From NCBI GenBank assembly GCA_002389055.1, contig DGNT01000176.1, positions 1-63,122 of the forward strand: a stretch of 63,122 nucleotides of DNA. The letters are read 5' to 3'. Position 1 is the first letter of the stretch, and the number at the start of each line of letters is the position of its first letter. Source of the stretch: Alcanivorax sp. UBA4485 (GTDB taxonomy: Bacteria; Pseudomonadota; Gammaproteobacteria; Pseudomonadales; Alcanivoracaceae). Made by a program: the position numbers and the translations under genes. The notes under the pieces are model-generated. The model was not told where the DNA came from. It did no database searches and saw nothing but the letters and a program-made list of their open reading frames with translations. Positions 17,929-27,326 of this stretch are shown one piece after another.

Positions 17929-18066
17929 GTGGGAGCGGGCCTCGCCCGCGAAAGGGAGCGAAGCTCCCGGCGGGATTCCAGAGACGTTGTTTTGTGCGAC
18001 TAGGTGAGGCTCTGGAATCCTGCCGGCCGGCAAAGCCGGCCTTTCGCTTGCAGGGCAAGCTCTCAC
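17929..18066. repeat. REPIN (nested inverted repeat) copy 1
   Basis: GTGGGAGCGGGC..GCCCGCGAA ... CCGGCGGGATTCCAGAG-core-CTCTGGAATCCTGCCGG ... TTCGCTTGCAGGGCAAGCTCTCAC. Confidence 0.85.
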
Positions 18067-18083
18067 CATCGAGGTGGATTCTG

Positions 18084-18389
18084 ATGACGAGTGACATTCT
18101 GAAAACGGTACACGAGACCGCCGAGGCGTTTCATAAAGCCGGCGTGATGGACGAGGTCACGCTGCGGGAGTTCGATGCGCTCTGTCTGCCGGAGGTGAAA
18201 TTGCTTAGCGCCGCACAAATTCGCCGCCTTCGCACCCGCCACCGTGTCAGCCAAGCGGTTTTTGCCGCTTATCTGAATACCTCCGTCTCCACCATTCAAA
18301 AGTGGGAACAGGGCGACAAGACGCCTAACGGCATCTCCCTGAAGCTACTCAACCTCGTGGATGAAAAAGGCCTCGAGGTCCTGATCTAG
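18084..18389 (+). CDS. HigA2-like XRE antitoxin (orphan)
   Basis: VHETAEAFHKAGVMDEVTLREFDALCL...VSQAVFAAYLN...KWEQGDKTPNG. Confidence 0.85.
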   Translation: MTSDILKTVHETAEAFHKAGVMDEVTLREFDALCLPEVKLLSAAQIRRLRTRHRVSQAVFAAYLNTSVSTIQKWEQGDKTPNGISLKLLNLVDEKGLEVLI

Positions 18390-18399
18390 CCCGGCAGGG

Positions 18400-19107
18400 T
18401 TACTGCCGGGCGTTGAGCATGGCGATGGCGGCCAGCGCCTCCGGGTCGTGTTCCTTGAGCCGGTTGGCGATGCCGTGCTGGAAGAAGTAGCGGAAATCCG
18501 GCTCCTTCTGCGCGGGCACCAGGCAGTGGTCGCCGGGCAGCACCGGTGTCTGGGTGACCGCGGCCTCATCGGCGACCATGGCCTGGGCGGTGCCGTCGCC
18601 GTACAGCCGCCAGCTCACCACTTCCATCAGGCTCAGGGTTTCGAACTCGTCCTCGGAGAACACCGCGTGGGTGCCGATGGTGTCGGGGATTTCCTGCACC
18701 AGGCCCCGCGCTGGGTTGCTGAAGCTCGGTTTACCAAAGAACTCCACCGCCGCATCCAACTCCTGGACCTTGTGCGGCGGGGCCTCACAGAACAGGTAAT
18801 CGCTCTCCGGCAGCCGGTAGCCTTCCCAGCGTCCGTTGAGCGGGTCCGCCAGTTCGTGGGCGCTCGCCAGTTTTTTCAGCCACGGCACCATGGCCAGGGT
18901 GTCGCCGTTTTCCAGGCGTGCCCAAGCGAGGATCTTGACCGAGAAAAGAGTGTCGGGGTGCTGGTCGTTGGCATAGAGCAGTTCCATGCCGTCGTATTCA
19001 GGGGAGAGTCTGAGTATCGGCGGCGAATCGGCTCGCCGTCGTGGGGTAAATGGCAACACGTTGTTGGGACGCTTGGTGTTGCCAAGGGGGTCACGCCGGT
19101 TTGCCAT
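18400..19107 (-). CDS. Conserved hypothetical protein
   Basis: GGAGG RBS and high-GC3 codon usage; no family recognised. Confidence 0.7.
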   Translation of the reverse strand: MANRRDPLGNTKRPNNVLPFTPRRRADSPPILRLSPEYDGMELLYANDQHPDTLFSVKILAWARLENGDTLAMVPWLKKLASAHELADPLNGRWEGYRLPESDYLFCEAPPHKVQELDAAVEFFGKPSFSNPARGLVQEIPDTIGTHAVFSEDEFETLSLMEVVSWRLYGDGTAQAMVADEAAVTQTPVLPGDHCLVPAQKEPDFRYFFQHGIANRLKEHDPEALAAIAMLNARQ

Positions 19108-19176
19108 AAACACCTCCGCGCAGCCTGTGTTTTCACACTAGACGGTGGCGGCGGGGCGCGCAAGCGCTCTTTTTTG

Positions 19177-19200
19177 GTAGGAGCGGGCCTCGCCCGCGAA
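19177..19200 (+). repeat. Single REP
   Basis: GTAGGAGCGGGCCTCGCCCGCGAA. Confidence 0.8.
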
Positions 19201-19205
19201 AGGCC

Positions 19206-19547
19206 CTAGGACAGCACCACCGTGGCAATCACAGCCAGCACCGGCAGGACCGGCGCCAGCCGCACCATCAGCCGCGGCCGGTAGGGCAGCAGGAACACCA
19301 ACGGCAGGCCGGCCAGGGTGACCAGGCCCAGGGCCATGGAGAGTGCCAGGCCGGTGGGCCACAGCCGCAGGCAGCTGGCCACCATCAAGGCGATCAGCAC
19401 CCAGCCGGCGATGCGAAACCCACGCAGCCGCGCCGCCGGCGGTTTGGCGCCGAGCGCCGCTTCATGGTGGCGTTTCATCGCCAGCGCCAGGGCGGTCAGG
19501 CCGGCGTAGGCCAGGGTCAGCGGCAAGGTTACGGCGATCACTGTCAT
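19206..19547 (-). CDS. DUF3325 iron-uptake-associated membrane protein
   Basis: LAYAGLTALALAMKRHH; follows the PepSY gene. Confidence 0.8.
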   Translation of the reverse strand: MTVIAVTLPLTLAYAGLTALALAMKRHHEAALGAKPPAARLRGFRIAGWVLIALMVASCLRLWPTGLALSMALGLVTLAGLPLVFLLPYRPRLMVRLAPVLPVLAVIATVVLS

Positions 19548-21187
19548 GCGCTGTCCTCCGCGGTACGGGCGCCACGCTTTGAGCGCGGGCCTTGCGCCAT
19601 CGATTGTTGTGGGCGCGACCTTTGTGGGAGCGGGCCCTGCCCGCGAATGGTTCGCCGCTGCACTACCCGCCACAGGGCGTAGCCCCAGACGCCGGCCAGT
19701 ATCAGGCAGACCAGATCAAAGCCGGCCAGGGCGCCGTGGCGCCAGCCGGCGGCGCTGAACAGATGGCTGTCCGTGGTGGCCACATTCAGCAGCGGCAGCG
19801 CCGCCCACAGGGCCGTGTTGGCCGCCAGCTGCTCGATCCAGCCGCGCCGGTCCGGGCGCAGCAGCGCGTGGCCCAGCGCCAGCAGCCAGGTGAGGAAGAA
19901 CACGCGGATTTCCCAGCTTTCGCGGGCGGCCAGTTCCACCGGCAACAGCCGGTTGGCGGCGAAGTAGGCGGCCAGCGCGGCGAGCAGGCCGGTGAGCGAG
20001 GCGATGTTAAGCCCGTTCACCAGCCGCAGCGCGGCCCCCGGCGCCTTGCCGCGCAACTGCTGGGTGCGTTTGGACACCCACAGCAGCATGCCGGTGGCGA
20101 CCATGGCGGTGCCGCCCACGCCGAACAGGAAGAACAGCCAGCGCACGGTGGGGTCGGCGAACCGCGCCAGGTGTAGATTGACGAACAGGTTGTAGACCCG
20201 GAACGCGCCGGGCACCGCCTCGTCGCCGGGTTGTGTCTCCAACAATTCGCCGGTGACGCCGTTGAACACCAGGGTAGGGTTGCCGCCCCGGCGTTTGTCG
20301 GTGATCGCCGGCGCCTTGTCGGTGGAAATATGGATCACCGCATTATCCCGGTTGGGCCAGTCCACGCTGATGCGGCGCACCGGCTGATCGAACGTCGCTT
20401 CAGTGCGCGCCAGCAATGGCGCGATATCAGTCATGGCGGCCGGCGCACCGGGTTCGGTGGTGGCTTCGTCGCGTGGAAACACGTCCTGGAAGAAGCCGCG
20501 CCAGCCGTCCTGGTAGGCCGCGTTCATGCCCCAGGGCATCAGCATCACCATGAAGATCAGCAGGCCCGAATAGGTGATCATGAAATGAAACGGTAGCGCC
20601 AGCACCGCCGTGGCGTTGTGGCTGTCCAGCCAGGAGCGCTGGCCCTTGCCGGGCCGGAAGGTGAAGAAATCCTTGAAGATTTTCTTGTGGGTGATCACGC
20701 CGCTGATGATCGCCACCAGCATGAACATGGTGGCCACGCACACCAGCCAGCGTGCCCAGATACGCGGCACCCCATACAGCTCGAAGTGGAACCGGTAGAG
20801 GAAATCACCGCCCCGGCTGGCGCGCGGTTCCAGCAGCTCGCCGGTGCCGGCGTCCATCACCGCCCGCTCGCCGCGCCGGCGTCCGCCGTCCTCGGCCTGC
20901 GGGGTGTCCGGCTGCCAGCGCAGCTGTGCCACCGGCGAACGGGCCTCGGGCAGTTGAAGGTCCCAGCTTTTCGCGTCCGGGGCCTTGGCGTTGAGCGCCG
21001 CCCAAGCCAGGGCGGGGGTGTCCGGCGACGGCTGCGAGTGGTGCAGCTCCGGGGCCATCCACAGGGAGATTTCCTCGCGGAAATAGGCGCTGGTGCCGGT
21101 CACGAACATGGCCAGCAGCAGCCAGCCCAGCAACAGGCCGCTCCAGGTGTGCAGCCAGGCCATGGACTGCCGCAGGCCCGCCTTCAC
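19544..21187 (-). CDS. PepSY-associated TM helix protein (iron-regulated)
   Basis: RQSMAWLHTWSGL, FLYRFHFEL, KGQRSWLDSHN. Confidence 0.9.
   Translation of the reverse strand: MKAGLRQSMAWLHTWSGLLLGWLLLAMFVTGTSAYFREEISLWMAPELHHSQPSPDTPALAWAALNAKAPDAKSWDLQLPEARSPVAQLRWQPDTPQAEDGGRRRGERAVMDAGTGELLEPRASRGGDFLYRFHFELYGVPRIWARWLVCVATMFMLVAIISGVITHKKIFKDFFTFRPGKGQRSWLDSHNATAVLALPFHFMITYSGLLIFMVMLMPWGMNAAYQDGWRGFFQDVFPRDEATTEPGAPAAMTDIAPLLARTEATFDQPVRRISVDWPNRDNAVIHISTDKAPAITDKRRGGNPTLVFNGVTGELLETQPGDEAVPGAFRVYNLFVNLHLARFADPTVRWLFFLFGVGGTAMVATGMLLWVSKRTQQLRGKAPGAALRLVNGLNIASLTGLLAALAAYFAANRLLPVELAARESWEIRVFFLTWLLALGHALLRPDRRGWIEQLAANTALWAALPLLNVATTDSHLFSAAGWRHGALAGFDLVCLILAGVWGYALWRVVQRRTIRGQGPLPQRSRPQQSMAQGPRSKRGARTAEDSA
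19624..19647 (+). repeat. Single REP within the 3' end of the PepSY gene
   Basis: GTGGGAGCGGGCCCTGCCCGCGAA. Confidence 0.8.
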
Positions 21188-21492
21188 AGCAGGTTCTCCG
21201 GGCCGGCCAGCCAGGCCAGCGCGGCCAGCAACAACGCCGGTGCCAGGATGCCCGCCCAGGCGCGGGTGGCGGTGCGGGTGGCGAACGCCCACAGCACCGC
21301 CACGGTGTAGATCAGGAAGGACAGCAGGTTGGCGGTGATCACCGCCGTGGCCGGCGCCGCCGGCAGCCACAGGGCGAGGGCGGTGGTGGCGCAGGCGGCC
21401 AGGGCGTAGCCGCCGAACACGGCGGCCACCGTACGCGACGCGACACCCAGGCCGGGCGAGGCGGCGAGCCGCTGTAGAGAAAGTCTGGACAT
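21184..21492 (-). CDS. DUF3649 membrane protein
   Basis: SRTVAAVFGGYALA...LSFLIYTVAVLWAFA. Confidence 0.85.
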   Translation of the reverse strand: MSRLSLQRLAASPGLGVASRTVAAVFGGYALAACATTALALWLPAAPATAVITANLLSFLIYTVAVLWAFATRTATRAWAGILAPALLLAALAWLAGPENLL

Positions 21493-21541
21493 GGAATCCC
21501 CAGCACCGAAAAGTCGGCACCCGTTACGGACGAACAAGGCA

Positions 21542-21560
21542 AATAAGAATCGTTATTATC
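21542..21560. promoter_or_regulatory. Fur box
   Basis: AATAAGAATCGTTATTATC, 13/19 to the GATAATGATAATCATTATC consensus, upstream of an iron-uptake operon. Confidence 0.75.
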
Positions 21561-21573
21561 CGCATTCAGTGAT

Positions 21574-22956
21574 TCAATGCAATGCGTCAACCGTAAGGTT
21601 TGTAGCCGGCGCCGCCAGCGGCTGCCGCAGCCGCCAGCGCAGGCGGATGCCGAGCAGCACGGCGGCGGCGGTGAGGCCCGACACCAGACCGATCCAGAAG
21701 CCCGCCGGGCCCATGGCCGGCACCCACAGATCGGTAAGCCCGAGCACATAGCCCACCGGCAGCCCCACGCCCCAGTAGGCCACCAGCGTCATCAGCATCG
21801 GCCAGGCGGTGTCCTCGAAGCCGCGCAGGCAGCCGTTGGCGCACACCTGCAGGGCGTCGGACACCTGGTAGATGCCGGCGAACAGCAGCAGGTGGGCGGC
21901 CAGGGCGATCACCTCCGGGTTGTCGGTGTAGATGTGTGGAATCCACGGCCGGCTGACGATCAGCGCCAGCCCGGCGACCAGGCCGATGCCGCCGGTCATC
22001 GCCAGCGAGCAGCGCACCGCCCGGCTCAGCCCGGCGCGGTCGTGGCGGCCGCGCGCATGCCCCACGCGCACCGTGGCGGCCAACGCGAAACTGAGCGGGA
22101 TCATGAAAATCAGCGAGGTGAAATTGAGCGCGATCTGATGGCCGGCGACGATCTCCGGCCCCAGCCGGCTGATCAACAGCGCGATCACCGCGAAGATGCT
22201 TACCTCGAAGAAAATCGACAGCCCCACCGGCAGCCCCAGCCGCAGCATGTAGCCCAGGCTGGCCAGCTCCAGATGCCGCTCGCGCAGGGTCAGCCGCGCC
22301 GGGCGGTAGACCGGATGACGGCGAATATAGGCGCCCATCATCAGCGCCATGCACCACATCACCAGGCTGGTGGCCCAGCCGCAGCCGACCCCGCCCATGG
22401 CGGGGAAACCCAGCTTGCCGTAGATCAGCACATAGTTAGCGGGGATGTTGATCGCCAGCCCGATCACGCTGATCCACAGCACCGGCCGGGTGTGGTTCAT
22501 CGCCTCGGTGTAGCTGCGCAGCGCCAGGAGCACGGCGGCGCCGGGCATGCCCCAACTGAGCGCGTCCAGATAGCCCGCCACCAGCGGGCGGATCGCCGGG
22601 TCCACGTCCATTAACCCCAGCAGCGGCCCCATGGAACGCAATACCACCGCGCTGAACAGGCCCAGCCCCAGCGCCAGCCACAGCCCCTGCTGGGCCACCG
22701 GGTTGACGCGATGGTAAGCTTCGCCGCCGAGGTGGCGGGAGAGAATCGGCGTGGCACTCATCAGCACGCCGGTCATGAACAGGAACAGCGGCACCCAGAT
22801 GCTGGCGCCCACCGCCACCGCGGCGAGATCCTCGGCGCCCACCCGGCCCGCCATCATGGTGTCCACGAAGCCGTTGGCGGTCTGTGCCAGCTGGCCGCCG
22901 AGAATTGGCAGAGCAAGACGCAACTGAGCAAGGTATTCGAGACGATGAGCGGACAT
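21574..22956 (-). CDS. norM: MATE family efflux transporter (NorM/PmpM-like)
   Basis: LALPIL...GFVDTMMAGR, LIYGKLGFPAMGGVGCGWAT; about 12 TM segments. Confidence 0.9.
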   Translation of the reverse strand: MSAHRLEYLAQLRLALPILGGQLAQTANGFVDTMMAGRVGAEDLAAVAVGASIWVPLFLFMTGVLMSATPILSRHLGGEAYHRVNPVAQQGLWLALGLGLFSAVVLRSMGPLLGLMDVDPAIRPLVAGYLDALSWGMPGAAVLLALRSYTEAMNHTRPVLWISVIGLAINIPANYVLIYGKLGFPAMGGVGCGWATSLVMWCMALMMGAYIRRHPVYRPARLTLRERHLELASLGYMLRLGLPVGLSIFFEVSIFAVIALLISRLGPEIVAGHQIALNFTSLIFMIPLSFALAATVRVGHARGRHDRAGLSRAVRCSLAMTGGIGLVAGLALIVSRPWIPHIYTDNPEVIALAAHLLLFAGIYQVSDALQVCANGCLRGFEDTAWPMLMTLVAYWGVGLPVGYVLGLTDLWVPAMGPAGFWIGLVSGLTAAAVLLGIRLRWRLRQPLAAPATNLTVDALH

Positions 22957-23007
22957 GGCGCACTACAGCCTGATCACGGGGCGGCTACCATACCGCAATC
23001 CCGTGTC

Positions 23008-23619
23008 GTGGTGCACCGCGCCACCGACCTGGAAAGGCTGTTTCGCGAGACTTTTTTCGACCGCTACCAGACCGTGCTGGAAGGCGGCTTCGACGAGCCG
23101 GTTTATAGGGCCGGTGACCCGGGGACCGGCGCGCCGGCGCGTATCCGCTATACCCGCGATTACTTCCGCAGTGCCCTGCACGAGGTGGCGCACTGGTGCG
23201 TGGCCGGCGAGCGCCGCCGGCGCCTGGACGACTACGGCTACTGGTACGCCCCGGACGGCCGCGACGCCGCCGCCCAGGCGGAATTCCTGCGCGTGGAAGT
23301 GCGCCCCCAGGCTCTCGAAGCGCTGTTCTGCGCCGCCTGCCATCACCCGTTCCGCGTCTCCCTGGACAACCTGGACGGCGACCCCGGCGACGAAGCCCGC
23401 TTCGCCGCCGACGTCCAGGCGCTCGCCCAAGAGCTTCACCGCCGGGGCCCGCCGGCCCGCGCCAAGCTATGGATTGACGCCCTGACGCGCTTCTACGGCA
23501 GTAAGAGTCTTGTGGGAGCGGGCCCTGCCCGCGAAAGGGAGCGAAGCTCCCGGCAGGATCCCAGAGGCCGCTCTAACGACAGCACAAACAGCCTCTCTGG
23601 TATCCCGCCGGGTGGCTAA
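23008..23619 (+). CDS. epmC: Elongation factor P hydroxylase (C-terminus reads into a REPIN)
   Basis: EPVY...YFRSALHEVAHWCVAG..RR.LDDYGYWYAPDGR. Confidence 0.85.
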   Translation: MVHRATDLERLFRETFFDRYQTVLEGGFDEPVYRAGDPGTGAPARIRYTRDYFRSALHEVAHWCVAGERRRRLDDYGYWYAPDGRDAAAQAEFLRVEVRPQALEALFCAACHHPFRVSLDNLDGDPGDEARFAADVQALAQELHRRGPPARAKLWIDALTRFYGSKSLVGAGPARERERSSRQDPRGRSNDSTNSLSGIPPGG

Positions 23620-23652
23620 CGCCACCCTTTCGCGGGCAGGGCCCGCTCCCAC
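23512..23652. repeat. REPIN copy 2
   Basis: Terminal IR GTGGGAGCGGGCCCTGCCCGCGAA / TTCGCGGGCAGGGCCCGCTCCCAC, with inner arms. Confidence 0.9.
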
Positions 23653-23675
23653 AGGGACCGCTTGGCGGAGTTTGG

Positions 23676-25712
23676 TCAACGAAGCATGTGCAGAAAATGC
23701 ATGTGCTTCTCGTACTGGTCGAGCACGTCGCTGATCACCTGCTCGCGGCTGAAGCCCATCAGGTCGTAGTCCTGGCCGCCTTCGCTGAGGAACACATCGG
23801 CGCGGAAGTACTGATCGCTTTCCGGCCGCCGTTTGGAATGCTCCAGTTGCCGCATGGTGATCGAGGGGCGGGTGTAGCCGCGGATGCGCACGCCGTACAG
23901 AAAGTCGGTTTCCTCGCCGTGGCGAACCACCAGGGTGGCGCGGTCGTCACCTTCGGTGACCTCCACCTCCAGGCCGTGACCACGCAGTTCGTCGGCCACC
24001 GCGTTGAGCGCCGGGGTCGCCACTTCGCGCACGAACGCGAGCACGCGGGCGCGCACCGGGAAGCTAACCATGCCCCGCAGGCGGGTTTTCCAGGCCCCGG
24101 CGGGGGTCTGGTGGCCCACGTGGATGGTGGCCGGCGCGGTGCCCAGATTGGACTGGAAGCTGGTACGCCGGATGCCTTCCACCTTCAAGGATCGGACCAG
24201 CCCGAAGCAGGCGATCAACAACACCGCCGAGAACGGCAGCGCCGACGCAATGGTGGCCGACTGCAGCGCCTGCAGGCCGCCGGCCAGCATCAGTGCGATC
24301 GCCACCAGACCTTCGGAGCCGGCCCAGAAAATACGCTGCCACACCGGCGTGTCGTCGTGGCCGCCGGAGGCCAGCATGTCCACCACCATGGAACCGGAGT
24401 CCGAGGAGGTGACGAAGAACACCACCACCATCAGGGTGGCAATGCCGGAAATAAAGCCCGACCAGGGGAACTGCTCCAGGAAGCGGAACAACGCCACCGC
24501 GTTGTCGTCCTTCACGTATTCCGCCAGCTGCGCGTAGGAGCCGTCCAGAATCATGCGGATCGCGGAATCGCCGAACACGGTCATCCAGAACAGGGTGAAG
24601 CCGGCGGGCACCAGCATTACGCCCAGGGCGAATTCACGGATGGTGCGCCCGCGTGACACCCGCGCGATGAACATGCCCACGAACGGCGACCAGGAAATCC
24701 ACCAGCCCCAATAGAACAGCGTCCAGCCGCCCATCCAGTCCTGCGGGCCGTCCTCCACTTTGGGCTGATAGGTGTAGAGGTTGAAGGTCATGCTGACCAG
24801 TTCAGAGAGGTAATCCCCCAGATTCTGCACATAGGCTTTCAGCAGGAACACCGTGGGCCCGAGCACCAGCACGAACGCCAGCAGCAGAAAGGCGAGCCCC
24901 AGATTCAGTTCGGACAGGCGGCGGATGCCGGCGTCCAGGCCGGTGACCACGGAGATGGTGGCCAGGCCGGTGATGGCGACGATCAGCCCCACCTGCACCC
25001 ATTCGTTCTTGGGTAGCCCGAACAGATAGTTCAGACCGGCGTTGACCTGCTCGACACCGAAGCCCAGCGAGGTGGCCACGCCGAACACCGTGCCCACCAC
25101 CGCGAAGATGTCCACCGCGTGGCCCAGCGGGCCGTAGATTTTCTTGCCGATCAGCGGGTAGAGCGCCGAGCGCAGCGTCAGCGGCAGGCCATGCCGGAAG
25201 CTGAAGTAGGCGAGAATCAGCCCGACGATGGCGTAGATGCTCCAGGCGTGCAGGCCCCAGTGGAAGAAGGTGGCGCGCATCGCTTCCTTGGCGGCGTCGA
25301 TGGTGCCCGGCTCCGCCATCGGTGGCGCGTTGAAATGGGTCACCGGCTCGGCCACGCCGAAGAACATCAGGCCGATGCCCATGCCGGCGGAGAACAACAT
25401 CGCGAACCAGGAACCGTAGCTGTAATCCGGCTCGGAGTGATCCTTGCCCAGCTTGATGTCGCCGAAGCGGCTCACCGCCAGAAACGTCACCAGGGTGATG
25501 ATGATCGCCACGGTGAGCACGTAGAACCAGCCGGCGTCGCTGATCACCCGCTCTTTGACGTTATCGAATACGGTTTCCGCCGTTTCCGGCGCGATCACCG
25601 AAAACAGCACCATGGCGGCGATGATCGCCACCGAGGTGAAGAACACCGGCGGATTGATCAGCACCTTGGGTTTTTGTTGTTCGGCGGGGCTTTGCTCGGT
25701 GGCATCGCTCAT
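23676..25712 (-). CDS. betT: BCCT choline/glycine-betaine transporter
   Basis: SWFAMLFSAGMGIG, FFHWGLHAW, WTLFYWGWWISWSPFVG; long BetT-type C-terminal domain. Confidence 0.92.
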   Translation of the reverse strand: MSDATEQSPAEQQKPKVLINPPVFFTSVAIIAAMVLFSVIAPETAETVFDNVKERVISDAGWFYVLTVAIIITLVTFLAVSRFGDIKLGKDHSEPDYSYGSWFAMLFSAGMGIGLMFFGVAEPVTHFNAPPMAEPGTIDAAKEAMRATFFHWGLHAWSIYAIVGLILAYFSFRHGLPLTLRSALYPLIGKKIYGPLGHAVDIFAVVGTVFGVATSLGFGVEQVNAGLNYLFGLPKNEWVQVGLIVAITGLATISVVTGLDAGIRRLSELNLGLAFLLLAFVLVLGPTVFLLKAYVQNLGDYLSELVSMTFNLYTYQPKVEDGPQDWMGGWTLFYWGWWISWSPFVGMFIARVSRGRTIREFALGVMLVPAGFTLFWMTVFGDSAIRMILDGSYAQLAEYVKDDNAVALFRFLEQFPWSGFISGIATLMVVVFFVTSSDSGSMVVDMLASGGHDDTPVWQRIFWAGSEGLVAIALMLAGGLQALQSATIASALPFSAVLLIACFGLVRSLKVEGIRRTSFQSNLGTAPATIHVGHQTPAGAWKTRLRGMVSFPVRARVLAFVREVATPALNAVADELRGHGLEVEVTEGDDRATLVVRHGEETDFLYGVRIRGYTRPSITMRQLEHSKRRPESDQYFRADVFLSEGGQDYDLMGFSREQVISDVLDQYEKHMHFLHMLR

Positions 25713-25792
25713 CAGGGCGCTCCTTGTCCTAGGCCGGAAACGGATTCCGGAGAGGCTAACATAAGGCCCGCGTCAACGGCGCGTGACGCCTT

Positions 25793-25932
25793 GTAGGAGC
25801 GGGCCCAGCCCGCGAAAGGGAGCGGAGCTCCCGGCAGGATCCCAGAGAGGTTGTTTGTACAGCCTTTAGAGAGGCCTCTGGAATCCTGCCGGCCGGCACA
25901 GCCGGCCTTTCGCGGGCAGGGCCCGCTCCCAC
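25793..25932. repeat. REPIN copy 3
   Basis: GTAGGAGCGGGC...GCCCGCTCCCAC nested IR. Confidence 0.9.
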
Positions 25933-25958
25933 AAAAGTCCGCTCCCGCAGCGTTGTCG

Positions 25959-27299
25959 TTACAGCCGGCCGGCCTGCTTGAGTTTCTGGTAGGCCTGGGC
26001 GAGGCGTTCGGCGAGGGTGTTGGGGGTGGCGGCCACCAGCTGCGCGCCGGCGTGGCGCAGGCGGGCGTGCAACGCGCGGCGCTGCTGTTGCTCGTGGGCG
26101 TCGGCGGTGACGCGCAGCGCGTCGTCCACACTTTCCACCCGGGCGTGGCGCAGGGCGGCCTGCTCGGGCAATTCCATGTCGGCGACCATCACCAGGTGGC
26201 GGCGGCTCAGCAGGCGCACGGCGGCGAGCAGGTCGTCGCTGTCCTCCGCCTGCACCCGGCTGATGATCACCACCAGGGCGCGCCGCCGCCAGCGGCCGTG
26301 GAAATGCCGCGCCGCCTGGCTGAAGTCGCTGGCGCGATCGGCGGGATGCACGTCGTAGAACCCTTTCAGCAGGCTTTGGATGCCGTTGGGCCCGTGCACC
26401 GGATCCAGCCAGCGCGGCGTTTCCGCCGAGAACAGCATGGCGCCGGCCCGGTCACCCTGGCGCAGCGCCGACCAGGCCAGCAGCAGGGCGGCGTTGAGGC
26501 CGTGGTCGAAGGCGGTCAGGTCGCCGATCGGCAGCGCCATGCGGCGGCCGCCGTCGAGCAGCACCCAGACGCTCTGATTCTGTTCATCCTGATAATGGCG
26601 GGTGATCAGCCGTTGTCGGCGGGCGCTGGCTTTCCAATCGATGCGGCGCGGGCTGTCGCCGGCCTGGTAGTCGCGCAGCTCGTGGAATTCCAGGCCCTCG
26701 CCCCGGCGCGGTTGCACCCGGGCGCCGAAGCGGCCACGGCTTTTGTCCACCGCCAGGGCGGCGCGGGCAATCGGCGAAAAATCGGGATAAACCGGCACCT
26801 GGCGCTGGGCGGTGACGCGCCGGCGCTGCTGCCAGAGGCCGCGCGGCGACGGCAGCCACAGCTCGATATCCCCGAACCGCACGGTGCCGCGCCGGGTGGG
26901 CCGGTAGCGGTAGCGCACTTCGGTGCGGTCGTGGCCGGCGGCGGGTGCCAGGGCACGCGGCAGCCCGGTGAGCGGGTCGTCCGGCGGGTGGTGGTCGGCC
27001 ACCAGCCACTGCTCGCCGGGGGGCGCCCGGCGGCTATCGAAAAGCAGGGTGACGGTATGCGCCACGCCCACTGCCAGGGCGGCGGGCAGCCGCCGCTCCG
27101 CCGCCGGCGTGGGCCGCGCGCGCAGGCGGCGCAGGTCGTCCAGTGCCCACAGCGCGCCGGCCAGGCCTAACGCGGCCCAAGCCAGTAGAGCCGGCGCTGC
27201 CAGTTCCGGCAGCCCGACGCGAGCCACCAGTGGCAGGATAGCCAGCGCCGCCCAGCCGAGCAGCCCTTGGATTAAGCGCTGCCCCGGCCTTATCGACAT
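25959..27299 (-). CDS. DUF58 (VWA-like) protein
   Basis: GEGLEFHELRDYQAGDSPRRIDWKASAR. Confidence 0.9.
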   Translation of the reverse strand: MSIRPGQRLIQGLLGWAALAILPLVARVGLPELAAPALLAWAALGLAGALWALDDLRRLRARPTPAAERRLPAALAVGVAHTVTLLFDSRRAPPGEQWLVADHHPPDDPLTGLPRALAPAAGHDRTEVRYRYRPTRRGTVRFGDIELWLPSPRGLWQQRRRVTAQRQVPVYPDFSPIARAALAVDKSRGRFGARVQPRRGEGLEFHELRDYQAGDSPRRIDWKASARRQRLITRHYQDEQNQSVWVLLDGGRRMALPIGDLTAFDHGLNAALLLAWSALRQGDRAGAMLFSAETPRWLDPVHGPNGIQSLLKGFYDVHPADRASDFSQAARHFHGRWRRRALVVIISRVQAEDSDDLLAAVRLLSRRHLVMVADMELPEQAALRHARVESVDDALRVTADAHEQQQRRALHARLRHAGAQLVAATPNTLAERLAQAYQKLKQAGRL

Positions 27300-27326
27300 G
27301 CCGCCTCCACGGAGGTCTGGCTTCTT

